Below, piece after piece: positions 54,601 to 64,000 of a stretch of 64,000 bases of DNA (its first letter is position 1; each line of letters opens with the position of its first letter). The stretch lies in the UHGV virus genome UHGV-1374671; one strand, written 5' to 3'. Both the position numbers and the translations under genes were made by a program. This stretch comes from a virus. Below the pieces are notes generated by a model. That model saw only the letters and a list, made by a program, of their open reading frames with translations. It was not told where the DNA came from and did no database searches.

Positions 54601-56907
54601 GTGACCATGTTGACGACACTGGGCAGAGAACTGATTCGGGCAAAGCTCCCCGAGAAGTACAAGGGGTACGCGGATCAGGTTCTGGACAAGAAAACACTGA
54701 CCAATCTGATGACCGAGATCGCCAGAGAGGATCCGGAAGGGTACATCGACGTTCTGCAGGATCTCAACAACATTGGACAGGAAGTCGTGTCCACATACGG
54801 ACGGGACACCTCGCTCTCGTATGCAGACCTGAAAGTCGACAATGAGATCAAAGCCCTGAACAAGCGCCTGCGGCAGGTCATCAAGGGAGTCCTCAATGAC
54901 GATTCCCTTACCAGCGAGCAGAAGGAAGAGAAGATCAAGGAACTGGGATACAAGTACACGCAGAAGGTGCAGGACGCGGTATTCCAGGACAACGACAAGC
55001 GAGGAACGTCGCTGGCCTCCCAGATCAACTCAGGCTCTCGTGGAAATAAAACCCAGTTGATGCAGCTCCAGTTCGGCAACATGCTGATGAAAGATGCACT
55101 CAACCGGGACATTCCTTATCTGATGATAGACCCGTTCGTCCATGGTGCGTCACCGATGTCGTACTGGGTGTCCGCGTCCAGTGGGCGCAAGGGGTTCTTC
55201 GATGTGCAGGCCGCCACCGGACAGGCCGGATATCTGGGCAAGCAGGTGACAGCCGCCACACACAGAACCACCATTGAGAAAGAGGACTGCGGCACCACCG
55301 ACACCGGAGTGCCGTTTCCTGCCAACAGCACGAAGAACGTGGGCGCGGTTCTGCTGCGCCCCTTCCACAAATACCCGGCAGGCACGGTTGTCACTGAGAA
55401 GATGGTTGCCGAGGCCGATGACGACGAGGAGATGATTCTGCGCAGTCCAACCACCTGCAAGTGCAAGGACGGCATCTGCGCCAAGTGCAATGGGCTGGGA
55501 GAGAATGGGAAGTTTCCGGCAGTGGGCGAGTATGTGCCGCTGAATGCTGCGCGTTCTTTTGTTGAGCCGGTTACGCAAGGAGGGATCTCGTGTCTGCATC
55601 CTGGAACACAGGTACGTATGGCAGACTGGTCTATCAAAGCACTGCGTGATATCAGGGTAGGCGATCGCGTTATGGGCGTTCACACCGATGGTTCTTATGA
55701 ACCCGCCCTCGTCACCCGGACGTTCGATAATGGCATTGTTCCGATGTACTTGACAAAGTTCCGTAAGGGCACTGATAAGATTGCCGTGCTGATGTCCACC
55801 ACATGTCACAAAATGCTCTTATCTGTCGACGGGGATGCTCCTGCCATTCTTCCTGTAGGTACAGATGGCCAGCTCAGCGCGTGTCAGACTATCGGACCTG
55901 CAGGGTATACTGATAAGCAGATTAAGATGTCACACTTCAAACGCATCTCTCAGGAATATATCGGAGACATGCAATCGCTGGATATTGAGATCGACAACGA
56001 CTCCCATCTGTTTCTGTTGGCCAATGGCCTGGTGGTTTCCAATTCCAAACATGGCGCGGGTATTGGAGGCAAGCGATGGGTCGATCCCGAGGGGCCTGAC
56101 CAGCCGCACGGGTTCCGTGCCCTTGAGCGTCTGTTCATGGCTCCCAGCAACTTCCCGGGCGGAGCCGTACTTGCCCCGCAGGACGGCACGGTAAGCAACA
56201 TTCAGAAGGCCTCCCAGGGCGGCCATTACATCACGGTGGGCAACAAGACGCTGTACTGCTCTCCAGATCGCACTATGAAAGTCAAAGTCGGGGACAAGGT
56301 GTCCGCCGGCGACGTACTTACCAATGGTGTGCCCAATCCTGCCGAGGTGATGGATCTCAAAGGACTGGGAGAGGGCCGGCATTACTTCGTCAACAAATTG
56401 AACGAAACCTTGAAGGCACAGGGCTGGGCAACAGACCGCAGAAATATCGAGGCGTTTACACGCAGCATGATTAGTAAGGTCAAAATCACCGACCCTGACG
56501 GATACAAGTCGTATCTGCCTGGTGATATTGCCGATTACAACGAGATCATGGCTGACTGGGAGCCCAGGGAAGGATCCGTCACAGTGAAAGCGGATCAGGC
56601 GCTGAACAAGTACCTGGAGAAACCGACCCTGTACTTCAGCGTCGGCACCAGGATCACCCCGTCAGTTGTGCAGCAGTTGAAGAAATACAAGTTTGATACT
56701 GTGACGGTGTCGGATAAGGAGCCTCCTTTCAAAGCTCAGTTCCTGCGTCCTGCTGTTGTGCTGCAGAACGACAAGAACTGGTTGCCCAGGCTGGCGGGAG
56801 AGCGGCTGCAGCCAGCACTGTTTGATGCAGCGCAGAAGGGCATCACCGACGAGTACGACTCGCCGAGTTACGTTGACAAAATCGTGGCGGCGCCATTTAA
56901 ACCATAA
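54601..56907 (+). CDS. RNA polymerase beta' C-terminal half, with mini-intein
   Basis: [20 protein letters not shown] vs [28 protein letters not shown] vs VTEDDCGT; Zn/Cys cluster; EPVTQGGIS...SKHGAGIGG vs GEPGTQLTMRTFHIGG. Confidence 0.85.
   Translation: [768 protein letters not shown]
55591..56043 (+). mobile_element. mini-intein (151 aa, no endonuclease) in the beta' trigger-loop region
   Basis: [13 protein letters not shown]..., block B [9 protein letters not shown], ends LANGLVVSN followed by Ser. Confidence 0.75.
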
Positions 56908-56921
56908 GAGGTAGACAAGTT

Positions 56922-59120
56922 ATGCACAAATTGATCGTAAGACAAGGTATCATGAAACACGCTGCCGAGGAGGATGGTCCGTCTTTCGAGCAGCAGTTCG
57001 GCATTCTGGCCAATGCTATGGTGACTGACAAGTTCCCGCAGCTGGACAACATGAAACTCGCATTTCAGTTGATCGAGAAGTCCGACGACAATCAGGATGC
57101 CTGTGGTGCTTCTGTCTATCTGGTCGGCCGCACTGTCATTTTCATTCCGGCGTTCTTCCGCAACAACAAGCTGAAGACCGGTGATATGATGTTCTCCGCG
57201 CAGTCCCAGTCTTTCCTCCCTCTGTCCGATCCGTGGCTGGCATGGATCAAGAACAAGGACCTGGACGATGGCGGCAAGGAAGTTCCGTCCTCGGTTGCGG
57301 ACAACCGCAGCAACCCGAAGGGCGTCACCATTCGCGAGATCTCGGATCCGATCATGAAGACCGCGTCCGTGTTCCTCAAGGGACTGCTGCATGTGGAACC
57401 GTCACTGGAGGCCAAGCTCAATGACGTCAGCATCCTGGACACCGCGATCCGCATGGGCAAGCAGGCCTCCGAGAACCTGCTCGACAAGCTGCTCCAGGAT
57501 CAGGACTATCTCAATGCGACGCTGACCTTTTATACCGGCAATGACCTGGACAAATTCGCCAAGCAGGCAGCCGCACTGGCCGAGCCTGTGGTGAAGGCTG
57601 AGCTGATTCTGCCGCTGGACAAGAAGGCGCATACGCTGAACGAGGTCGAACTCAAGGCGCTGTACAAGGACGGGTTCTTCATCCGCAAGACTGCCGCCTC
57701 CAAGAACAATCCCAATGTGATCCGCTACAAGCAGATCTCCGGCATGTTCAGTGCGCTGTCCGACATCGGGCGGGTTCAGCTGCTGGTTGCCGGCGGTGAT
57801 TTGAAGGACTGTCTGGTTCTCCGCAAAGCCAACTGGAAGGACATCGGCACCGACACCTACGACGATTGCTGTTGTTCCCCATACGACAATCGCGGTACGA
57901 AAACCGACCCTGCCATGACTGCATCCGGATATATGGGCGGTGCAAAAGACGCCGGGTTTGTTGTTTTGGACGAGAAAGGCAAGCCGCTTAATCTGCCGGC
58001 TGGAGTGATGGTGCTGGCCAACAGCAAGGAGAAGTTCGACAAGGACATGATCAAGGACATCGGACATGCCCTTACGCCTGACAGCATCAAGAGCATTCCG
58101 TGGGGTGCGTCCATCATTCTGCCCACCGGAGAAGTCCGCAGAGCGCTTGGACACATGCAGAAGGCCGTCAACGGCAAGGGCTGGGTCAACGAGGACAGGT
58201 CCATCAGCATCTCCGACAATCCGGATCTGAAACGTCCCATCGGCAGCGGCAACGCAGTCATCCTTCCGCAGGGCTGTCGCATCGTGTTCTGTCCTGTTGA
58301 GTACAACGAGGACGGTACGGAGCGCAGCTACGAGGAGCGGGACAAGATGCACAGTGAGGCCCAGAAGGCTCCCAGTGCTTCCCCGGCGTTTGTCACCATG
58401 GGAACGCTGGATGCGTTCATCACCGACTTCTGCAACAAGCGGTACGACGTTACCAAGATTTACAGCAACGGGCAGGAGTTCGTCATCAGCGACAAGCTGG
58501 ATATGAGCAACCCGCCCATGAGCATCAAGGAAGCCGCGTTCACACTGGTTGACCGCTATGAGATCGATCCGGCCATCGCCAAGGTCATGCTCAAGGAAGC
58601 CAACAACGGCGCCACTTACGACCACCCGCGCTCGACCCAGTATTTCCTGGAGAAGCGGGCCGACGAGATGTGGGACGACGCCAACATCCCGATGACCAAG
58701 ATGCCGAACAAGCCGCCGCGCACCGAGTTCCAGGATATGCCGACCACGTTGGAAGATCCGGCTCAGCTGCAGAAGGCCATCACCACGGCCGCGCAGAACG
58801 GCATCAAGGAAGTGTTCGACGTCACCACGCTCAAGCTGCTGGTGCGCCAGAACCGTTTCTTCGACGAGATCAGTGACGACATCCCGCTGTTCATGCGCAC
58901 GCTGGACAGCCTGTGTCGCAAACTGTTCCAGTTCTACTGGCATACGGACAAAATGGAAGAAAAGTACGGTATGGTGAAAATGAAAGCGCTGGAAGAGAGC
59001 CTCAAGTGCACGATTGACAGTCTTTCAGAACTCACCGTGTTCTTCAAGCTGCGTACTGTCGATGGCTCCGGTACTGTTGGAGACAGTAACGGTGACCTGA
59101 TGACAGGCAATATGCTGTAA
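56922..59120 (+). CDS. hypothetical 732-aa protein adjacent to the RNAP genes (candidate additional or divergent RNAP subunit)
   Basis: SD AAGAGGTAG. Only faint resemblance to beta N-terminal blocks (GRTVIFIPAFF vs ERVIVSQLHRSPGVFF). Confidence 0.5.
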   Translation: MHKLIVRQGIMKHAAEEDGPSFEQQFGILANAMVTDKFPQLDNMKLAFQLIEKSDDNQDACGASVYLVGRTVIFIPAFFRNNKLKTGDMMFSAQSQSFLPLSDPWLAWIKNKDLDDGGKEVPSSVADNRSNPKGVTIREISDPIMKTASVFLKGLLHVEPSLEAKLNDVSILDTAIRMGKQASENLLDKLLQDQDYLNATLTFYTGNDLDKFAKQAAALAEPVVKAELILPLDKKAHTLNEVELKALYKDGFFIRKTAASKNNPNVIRYKQISGMFSALSDIGRVQLLVAGGDLKDCLVLRKANWKDIGTDTYDDCCCSPYDNRGTKTDPAMTASGYMGGAKDAGFVVLDEKGKPLNLPAGVMVLANSKEKFDKDMIKDIGHALTPDSIKSIPWGASIILPTGEVRRALGHMQKAVNGKGWVNEDRSISISDNPDLKRPIGSGNAVILPQGCRIVFCPVEYNEDGTERSYEERDKMHSEAQKAPSASPAFVTMGTLDAFITDFCNKRYDVTKIYSNGQEFVISDKLDMSNPPMSIKEAAFTLVDRYEIDPAIAKVMLKEANNGATYDHPRSTQYFLEKRADEMWDDANIPMTKMPNKPPRTEFQDMPTTLEDPAQLQKAITTAAQNGIKEVFDVTTLKLLVRQNRFFDEISDDIPLFMRTLDSLCRKLFQFYWHTDKMEEKYGMVKMKALEESLKCTIDSLSELTVFFKLRTVDGSGTVGDSNGDLMTGNML

Positions 59121-59128
59121 GGAACCGT

Positions 59129-60043
59129 ATGGACGAAACTGCCACCATAGTGGACGCGGAGCTGCTCGATGTTCAGGCACCTCCGCCGTCCGAAAAAACT
59201 CCCTCCAACACAAGGGAGTTTTTTCTTAGACCGCCGGACTGGCGTTACCAGGAAGCCAGCAAGTATTTGAACGAGGAGCGGGACGGTTTTGTCCCGTCCA
59301 TCCCCTCTGATGTGTTTGTCCAGTTTGCCGTGCGCGGCATTCGGGCTATGAGAAGTCCGCGAACCAGGGACGTGCTGCTCGCCAAGAACTACAACCTGGC
59401 GGCGGCTCTGTACTGCGGGGTGACCGCCAGACACAGCTCCCTGGTGGCCGAAATGGAAGCACTCATCATAGGTGGCTACACCAGGGACACGCTGTCGAAG
59501 GCAACCACCAGAATCAACAAGGACATATTCGAGCTGTACAGGAGAATCTTCTTCGACCTGACAGGCATCACTGCGATGCACTCCTGGATTAACCATTTTC
59601 TATTTGAGCCTGAGAGATATGCAGAGAGTCCGATTCTGTTGCGTTCCAGACTCCTGGCTTATTACAGCTCGGTGCAGGACGGTGTGGATGCCGCGAACAT
59701 GCAGCCATTGAGCAAGGAAGCGCGTGACTGCATGCAGTCCATCATGGAGAATGAGCGGCATAAGAAGATCTTTGATTATGTCGTAAAGGTTGCGCACCTG
59801 GAGCCTGAGAAGTATGCCGAAATCATGGAGGCGGCCATCAAGTCCGCTTCCGACCGCGCGTTTGTGGAACGCATGAAGGAACGGGAAGAGAGCGGGTCGG
59901 CTTCCTTGGAAGAACTGGCCACCGGACTGGAAGAAGGCATCCGGGCATTCAGCCTCGACGAGCTGGAAGCCTCGAAGCAGGATAAAATTGGTCTTGATTT
60001 CGACAACAAGTATATAAGTGCAATCCTGAGAAAGGATCAATAA
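59129..60043 (+). CDS. hypothetical protein
   Basis: SD AAGGAA. Confidence 0.5.
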   Translation: MDETATIVDAELLDVQAPPPSEKTPSNTREFFLRPPDWRYQEASKYLNEERDGFVPSIPSDVFVQFAVRGIRAMRSPRTRDVLLAKNYNLAAALYCGVTARHSSLVAEMEALIIGGYTRDTLSKATTRINKDIFELYRRIFFDLTGITAMHSWINHFLFEPERYAESPILLRSRLLAYYSSVQDGVDAANMQPLSKEARDCMQSIMENERHKKIFDYVVKVAHLEPEKYAEIMEAAIKSASDRAFVERMKEREESGSASLEELATGLEEGIRAFSLDELEASKQDKIGLDFDNKYISAILRKDQ

Positions 60044-60044
60044 G

Positions 60045-61898
60045 ATGGAACAGGTTATCTCCGCAATCGAATCCGCCCGGCTTACCGGAGCGATCGAAAA
60101 AGCCGCTACGCTGGCTACGCTGCACGAAGAGCAGGACCGCAGCGAGCTGCTGGCCAATCAGCTGAAGGAGGCGAACGTCGACGCCAAGTTTGCCAAAGTC
60201 GCGTCGCAGGCCTTCAACAAGCGACTCACCGTGCTGACCTTCCGCAAGACGGCGGACGAACACAGAGCCGAGCCTTTTCCGCTCTCCGACTCCGATCGTG
60301 TGCATGCTCTGATGACCGGCGAAGCGGAGGCCCAGGAAAAGAAAGCCTCGCTGAGTGACGCGAATTTTAAATTCAACTTTGAAATTGCGCGGCCCCCGAT
60401 GCAGAAAGCCGCTTCCGTGTCCGGTTATCAGCGCCCGCTGTACGAGGACACTGTGGACTACAAGACATTCAGTCAGCACATCGACAGCATGCTGGAGAAG
60501 CATGCCGCTCGTGTCAGTGTGCTGTCCGGGATGATCGAGTCGCTGGATTCCAAGGTCCAGGACGAGACCAGGGAGCTGGCCGACTACTTCAGCAAGTCCG
60601 CGTATTCCTCCTACGAGTTCACCACGCTGAACAACTACTATGGAGAGCTGTTCCGGGATGCGCTCAAGGATTCAATGCCGTCCCATGTGGAATTCAAGAA
60701 AACCGCGTCGGCGGCCATTCTCCCGGACAAGGAAGTGTACCGCAAAACCGCTGCCCTTATCCGGGACCGCCAGGCGCTGCAGGACATGAAGGACTTCATG
60801 GCTGACTATGGCAAAGGACTCAACGAATTTGCCAAGACTGCGGCCGCGTTCGGGGATTTCGTTCAGCAGTGCGAATACGACGGCATCCACAAGAAAGCAG
60901 CCCAGAGCTACGTCGGGCAGACAATGCGCGGACTGGGACTGGCTGGGCTTACCACAGTTCAGGCATTGGAAGCTGTACGGCGTTCCGGTCAGGAAGCCAC
61001 GAACACCGGCTTCGGCAATGCTCGCAGACTGTATAACGCCGGCACTGACAACTCCGCTTCGCCGTCTTCGGCGCTGGATGCTGACTTCCTGGTGAAGGAC
61101 CGGTTCCGCGACCGCATGATGGGATGGTCGGACATGTCCGCCGATCCGCAGTTCTCCATGTATCCGGCTGAGCAGGTGTTCCAGGCCACCAACAAGGCCA
61201 TGGATCTTGACACTTCGCTGGAGCGGCCTGATCGTCGTGAACTTCTCCGCGCTCAGGTGGGTCAGTTGCTCGCGCAGAACAACCGTGCAAGCACTGCTGA
61301 CCTCGCCGCGCTGGCCACCACGTTGAAAGGACTGTCCAGTGCGGGCGGTTCGGCTGCCTCCATTGCAGCCGCCCCGGTCGCCGCCATGGACAAGGTCGTC
61401 GCTCCGGAACCGGCGCAGCTCGATCACATCACTGATGCGATTCCGGCCAATAGCCCGTTCCTTGCCAAGGACTTCATTACGCAGTATAGCAACCAGATGG
61501 AAGCTGCGCGACTGCAGGATCAGAAAGAGGACGAGGCCGAGCTGGCGGAACTCAAGAAGCAGCGTGACGCTGCGATCGACCGCAAACTCAAGGAACAGGA
61601 CAAGGAAGAAGAGCGCAAGTACAGAGAGCTGCAGGCCGCCAGTGCCGAACAGCGGAACAAGGCTATACAGAACAGGTCACAGTACGAGAGGGCTCGACAA
61701 GCCGCAATCGGGCATGTGCTTAAGGCTTATGACCTGCATTACAACACGTCTGACAAGGTCTTTGAAGACAGACACGGGGCCCGGTACACACCGGATACCG
61801 TGGCCCAGATGGCTACTGCATACATGACTGGTATGGATGATCTCAATACCCAGATCGACAGCAAGCTGCCGTCTCCTCCGCCGGCGCCTGTGAACTGA
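60045..61898 (+). CDS. hypothetical protein (coiled-coil / Ala-rich)
   Basis: Complete ORF. No domain recognised. Confidence 0.5.
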   Translation: MEQVISAIESARLTGAIEKAATLATLHEEQDRSELLANQLKEANVDAKFAKVASQAFNKRLTVLTFRKTADEHRAEPFPLSDSDRVHALMTGEAEAQEKKASLSDANFKFNFEIARPPMQKAASVSGYQRPLYEDTVDYKTFSQHIDSMLEKHAARVSVLSGMIESLDSKVQDETRELADYFSKSAYSSYEFTTLNNYYGELFRDALKDSMPSHVEFKKTASAAILPDKEVYRKTAALIRDRQALQDMKDFMADYGKGLNEFAKTAAAFGDFVQQCEYDGIHKKAAQSYVGQTMRGLGLAGLTTVQALEAVRRSGQEATNTGFGNARRLYNAGTDNSASPSSALDADFLVKDRFRDRMMGWSDMSADPQFSMYPAEQVFQATNKAMDLDTSLERPDRRELLRAQVGQLLAQNNRASTADLAALATTLKGLSSAGGSAASIAAAPVAAMDKVVAPEPAQLDHITDAIPANSPFLAKDFITQYSNQMEAARLQDQKEDEAELAELKKQRDAAIDRKLKEQDKEEERKYRELQAASAEQRNKAIQNRSQYERARQAAIGHVLKAYDLHYNTSDKVFEDRHGARYTPDTVAQMATAYMTGMDDLNTQIDSKLPSPPPAPVN

Positions 61899-61916
61899 TG
61901 AAACGGGGAATGCAAG

Positions 61917-63797
61917 ATGAAGAAACACTTTCTTCCTGAGAGCTTCGATTTTGGGATGCCGTCCGTTGAGCTGATCGGAGTCGGTACCAAAGGACTGGAC
62001 AAGACTGCCATGGTGAAGCGGGCCAGCGCGTTCGACGATGTGATCGGGGATCTGAAAAAGAAACCCAATCGCGAGTACCTGCATGTGATCACCACCGGCG
62101 CGTTTGAGAAGTACGGCGCCAACGCCAACTGTTTCATTGGTGAAACCCCTGTCCTGACCACACTGACTGGGAAACGCAAAAAGATCAAGGACATCAAAGA
62201 GGGCGATCTGGTGCTGACCGGCAAAGGTCGTTTGCGTCCTGTTACCAAGGTCTATGTCAGGAAGTATGCCGGAGAGATCATTGAGGTATGGGGTACGGAA
62301 TGGAAAAGCAAAGTATCCATGACAGCAGAGCACCCGGTGCAGGTGGTCAACCCCGGTAACCGGGAAACGCTGGACGGCAAGTTCGTGAAAGCGTGTACGC
62401 TTACGATCAATGACGAACTGGTGGTGCCGGCCATGGACCATGTTAAGAGCGGTAATAAGGAGTTTCACGACAAAGTCGCTCTTGTCAGATCTCGAAATGC
62501 CAAATGTTCCACGGTGTTCAATCTTGAGGTGGAGGAAGACCACACGTACTGCATTCCGTTCGTGGTGCACAACTGCGACGGCTGGAATGGTGAGTCGTTT
62601 GATCTGGAATTCCCGCATCCAGAAGACCAGAAAAAGAAAAAGATCACGTTGGACGGCGGGTTGTCCAAGTACCATGACGATACCTACATGAAGAACGGTG
62701 CCGTGTACCAGGAACACAAGACCAAGCGTGCCGGCGTCGATCCCAGCGGGGAAGTCGTAGCTGCACGGTACAACCCGATCATGAAGCGCGGTGAGTTAAT
62801 TATCAGCGTGGACACTGGCAAATGGGCTTCCCGCCTGCAGAAGAAAGCGCAGGGCAAGGATATCTATCTCAGCATCGGGGCCGACGTGCCGCATGACATT
62901 TGTAACATCTGTGGACGCATCGCCAAGACCGCAAGCCAGCACTGCGATCACTTCAAGAAGCACCGTGGCCAGGTGTACGACTCCGGTGTGCGTGCCTGTG
63001 TGATGAACGACTCCCCGAGTTTCTACGACATCAGCGGAGTCGACGTTCCGGCTGATCAAATCGCTTTTGTTCTCAGCAAGGTGGCCAGCGGCTCTACGGC
63101 CAAGGAGGCCGCGCTGGAAGTGCTGAGCGTCTGCACTCCCCGTCGCCCGATGCTGTACACCAAAGCGGCTGCCATTTTGGACAAGCTCTCCAAGATGGAG
63201 AAACAGCTGGTCGGCATGGTGGAGGGAGACAAACAGGAGCCCGCTTTCCATGACGATGACGAAGTCGCCAAAGATTTTATACTCAAAGTAGAAAACTTCC
63301 CCAGCGACGAAATCATCGACAGCTGTAATCGGAAAGGCATCCTGTTGTCCCCCGGCATGCTGTTCAAGATCATGGGCAAGGACTGCACGGAGGACTCCGA
63401 CAAGGAGATGCTGTGCGGACTGGATGACGACTGCTGCGGGGATTGCTCCACGATGTTCGAGGACATGGAAGAGGATGAGTGCTGCAACGAGGAACTGCTG
63501 GACGGCAGCTTTGACGAGCACCTCCCGGCTGACCTGTCGTTGGACGCCATCCTTGAGAAGTTCGTACCGGAGTTCGGTGTCACCCAGCCGGCTATGCAAG
63601 GCAAGATCATCACCGTCACCATCACCGGGCGCAAGGGGAAAGAGCCCAAGCAGGAGTCCAAAGAGGCTTCTCTTAATAAGCAGGCACAGGAAGCTCTCCG
63701 GCGCACGTATGCCAGGTACGTCATCAGTTTCGCCGAACGAAATGACGACGCAACCTGTTACAATGCGCTGAGAAAAATAGCAGTTTACGGCAAATAA
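61917..63797 (+). CDS. Cys-rich hypothetical protein interrupted by a mini-intein
   Basis: SD GGGGAA. Extein junction ...TTGAFEKYGANAN / CDGWNGESFDL. CNICGR...HCDHF and CCGDC clusters. Confidence 0.6.
   Translation: MKKHFLPESFDFGMPSVELIGVGTKGLDKTAMVKRASAFDDVIGDLKKKPNREYLHVITTGAFEKYGANANCFIGETPVLTTLTGKRKKIKDIKEGDLVLTGKGRLRPVTKVYVRKYAGEIIEVWGTEWKSKVSMTAEHPVQVVNPGNRETLDGKFVKACTLTINDELVVPAMDHVKSGNKEFHDKVALVRSRNAKCSTVFNLEVEEDHTYCIPFVVHNCDGWNGESFDLEFPHPEDQKKKKITLDGGLSKYHDDTYMKNGAVYQEHKTKRAGVDPSGEVVAARYNPIMKRGELIISVDTGKWASRLQKKAQGKDIYLSIGADVPHDICNICGRIAKTASQHCDHFKKHRGQVYDSGVRACVMNDSPSFYDISGVDVPADQIAFVLSKVASGSTAKEAALEVLSVCTPRRPMLYTKAAAILDKLSKMEKQLVGMVEGDKQEPAFHDDDEVAKDFILKVENFPSDEIIDSCNRKGILLSPGMLFKIMGKDCTEDSDKEMLCGLDDDCCGDCSTMFEDMEEDECCNEELLDGSFDEHLPADLSLDAILEKFVPEFGVTQPAMQGKIITVTITGRKGKEPKQESKEASLNKQAQEALRRTYARYVISFAERNDDATCYNALRKIAVYGK
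62130..62573 (+). mobile_element. mini-intein (148 aa)
   Basis: CFIGETPVLT, block B TAEHPVQVV, ends YCIPFVVHN followed by Cys. Confidence 0.7.
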
Positions 63798-63874
63798 GCC
63801 GTTTTCTTGAACGTGGCGGCCTCTGTGTAAGGCCGCAAAACAGTGAATCCACAAAGATAAGGACACGCACAACA

Positions 63875-64000
63875 TGAGCAACCAACTTCAGACGAAGGCC
63901 GCGTCTCTGGCGCAGATTCTGGCAGCCAACAAGCTGACCAAGTCCGCTGAACAGGAAATTACGCATACCGAGCCGACTGCCCAGACCGATCTCGGCAAGG
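63875..64000 (+). CDS. 3'-partial hypothetical protein (MSNQLQTKAASLAQILAANKL...)
   Basis: ATG preceded by a leader nearly identical to that of gene 43857 (AGGACACxCACAACATGA). Confidence 0.35.

Noticed and set aside
57402-58943. 513-aa minus-strand ORF
   Set aside because: Antisense to ORF 56922-59120, with low-complexity Leu/Val/Gly/Arg-rich translation.
63798-63856. Hairpin GCGGCCtctgtgtaaGGCCGC after gene 61917-63797 as an intrinsic terminator
   Set aside because: No U-tract follows (aaaacagtg). It could be an RNA stability element instead. Not called as a terminator.
61677-63881. Minus-strand ORFs 61677-62717 and 62796-63881
   Set aside because: Antisense to the intein-containing gene 61917-63797.
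1-64000. CRISPR arrays, tRNA/rRNA genes, transposase or IS elements
   Set aside because: No regularly spaced direct repeats, no cloverleaf-like conserved tRNA segments, and no transposase-like ORFs were noticed. The only mobile elements seen are the inteins.

Overview
GC-rich window (roughly mid-to-high 50s % GC by eye, not computed), almost entirely plus-strand coded with Shine-Dalgarno sites of the AAGGAGG type. It reads as part of a very large tailed bacteriophage or phage-like element. I recognised no rRNA, tRNA or CRISPR array. Contents, left to right: (1) three leftward genes at the 5' edge: a partial gene, a lipoprotein, and a LysM plus glycine-zipper membrane protein. (2) A tail-fibre block (1969-14250) with paralogous N-terminal domains, classical tail-fibre repeats, LamG/concanavalin-like jelly-roll domains, and a lower-GC C-terminal receptor-binding module with three tandem pyocin-knob-like domains. 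(3) An SNF2-family helicase with a C-terminal Cys cluster. (4) Four tandem paralogous small proteins (N-terminus MFxxTR) with PA14-like or discoidin-like sequence features. (5) A three-gene leftward island (Zn-ribbon/MazG-like, HTH, coiled-coil), with a divergent promoter-like region and a perfect 9-bp inverted repeat between it and the next rightward gene. (6) A portal-like gene, then a run of glycine-zipper membrane proteins, closed by a strong intrinsic terminator. (7) A 1798-aa fibre with five tandem LamG domains, an RCC1-like propeller protein, secreted and lipoproteins, and a membrane-anchored TIM-barrel-like protein. (8) A ferritin-like protein. (9) A bacterial-type multisubunit RNA polymerase locus. 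The C-terminal half of beta and the N-terminal half of beta' are fused in one 2457-codon ORF. That ORF is interrupted by two large LAGLIDADG inteins, one of which splits the NADFDGD catalytic loop and carries an odd AT-rich island with a promoter-like box, SD and in-frame ATG. The beta' C-terminal gene follows and carries a mini-intein in the trigger-loop region. A fourth mini-intein sits in a Cys-rich gene near the 3' end. The long minus-strand ORFs in the six-frame track are antisense artefacts of GC-rich coding sequence.
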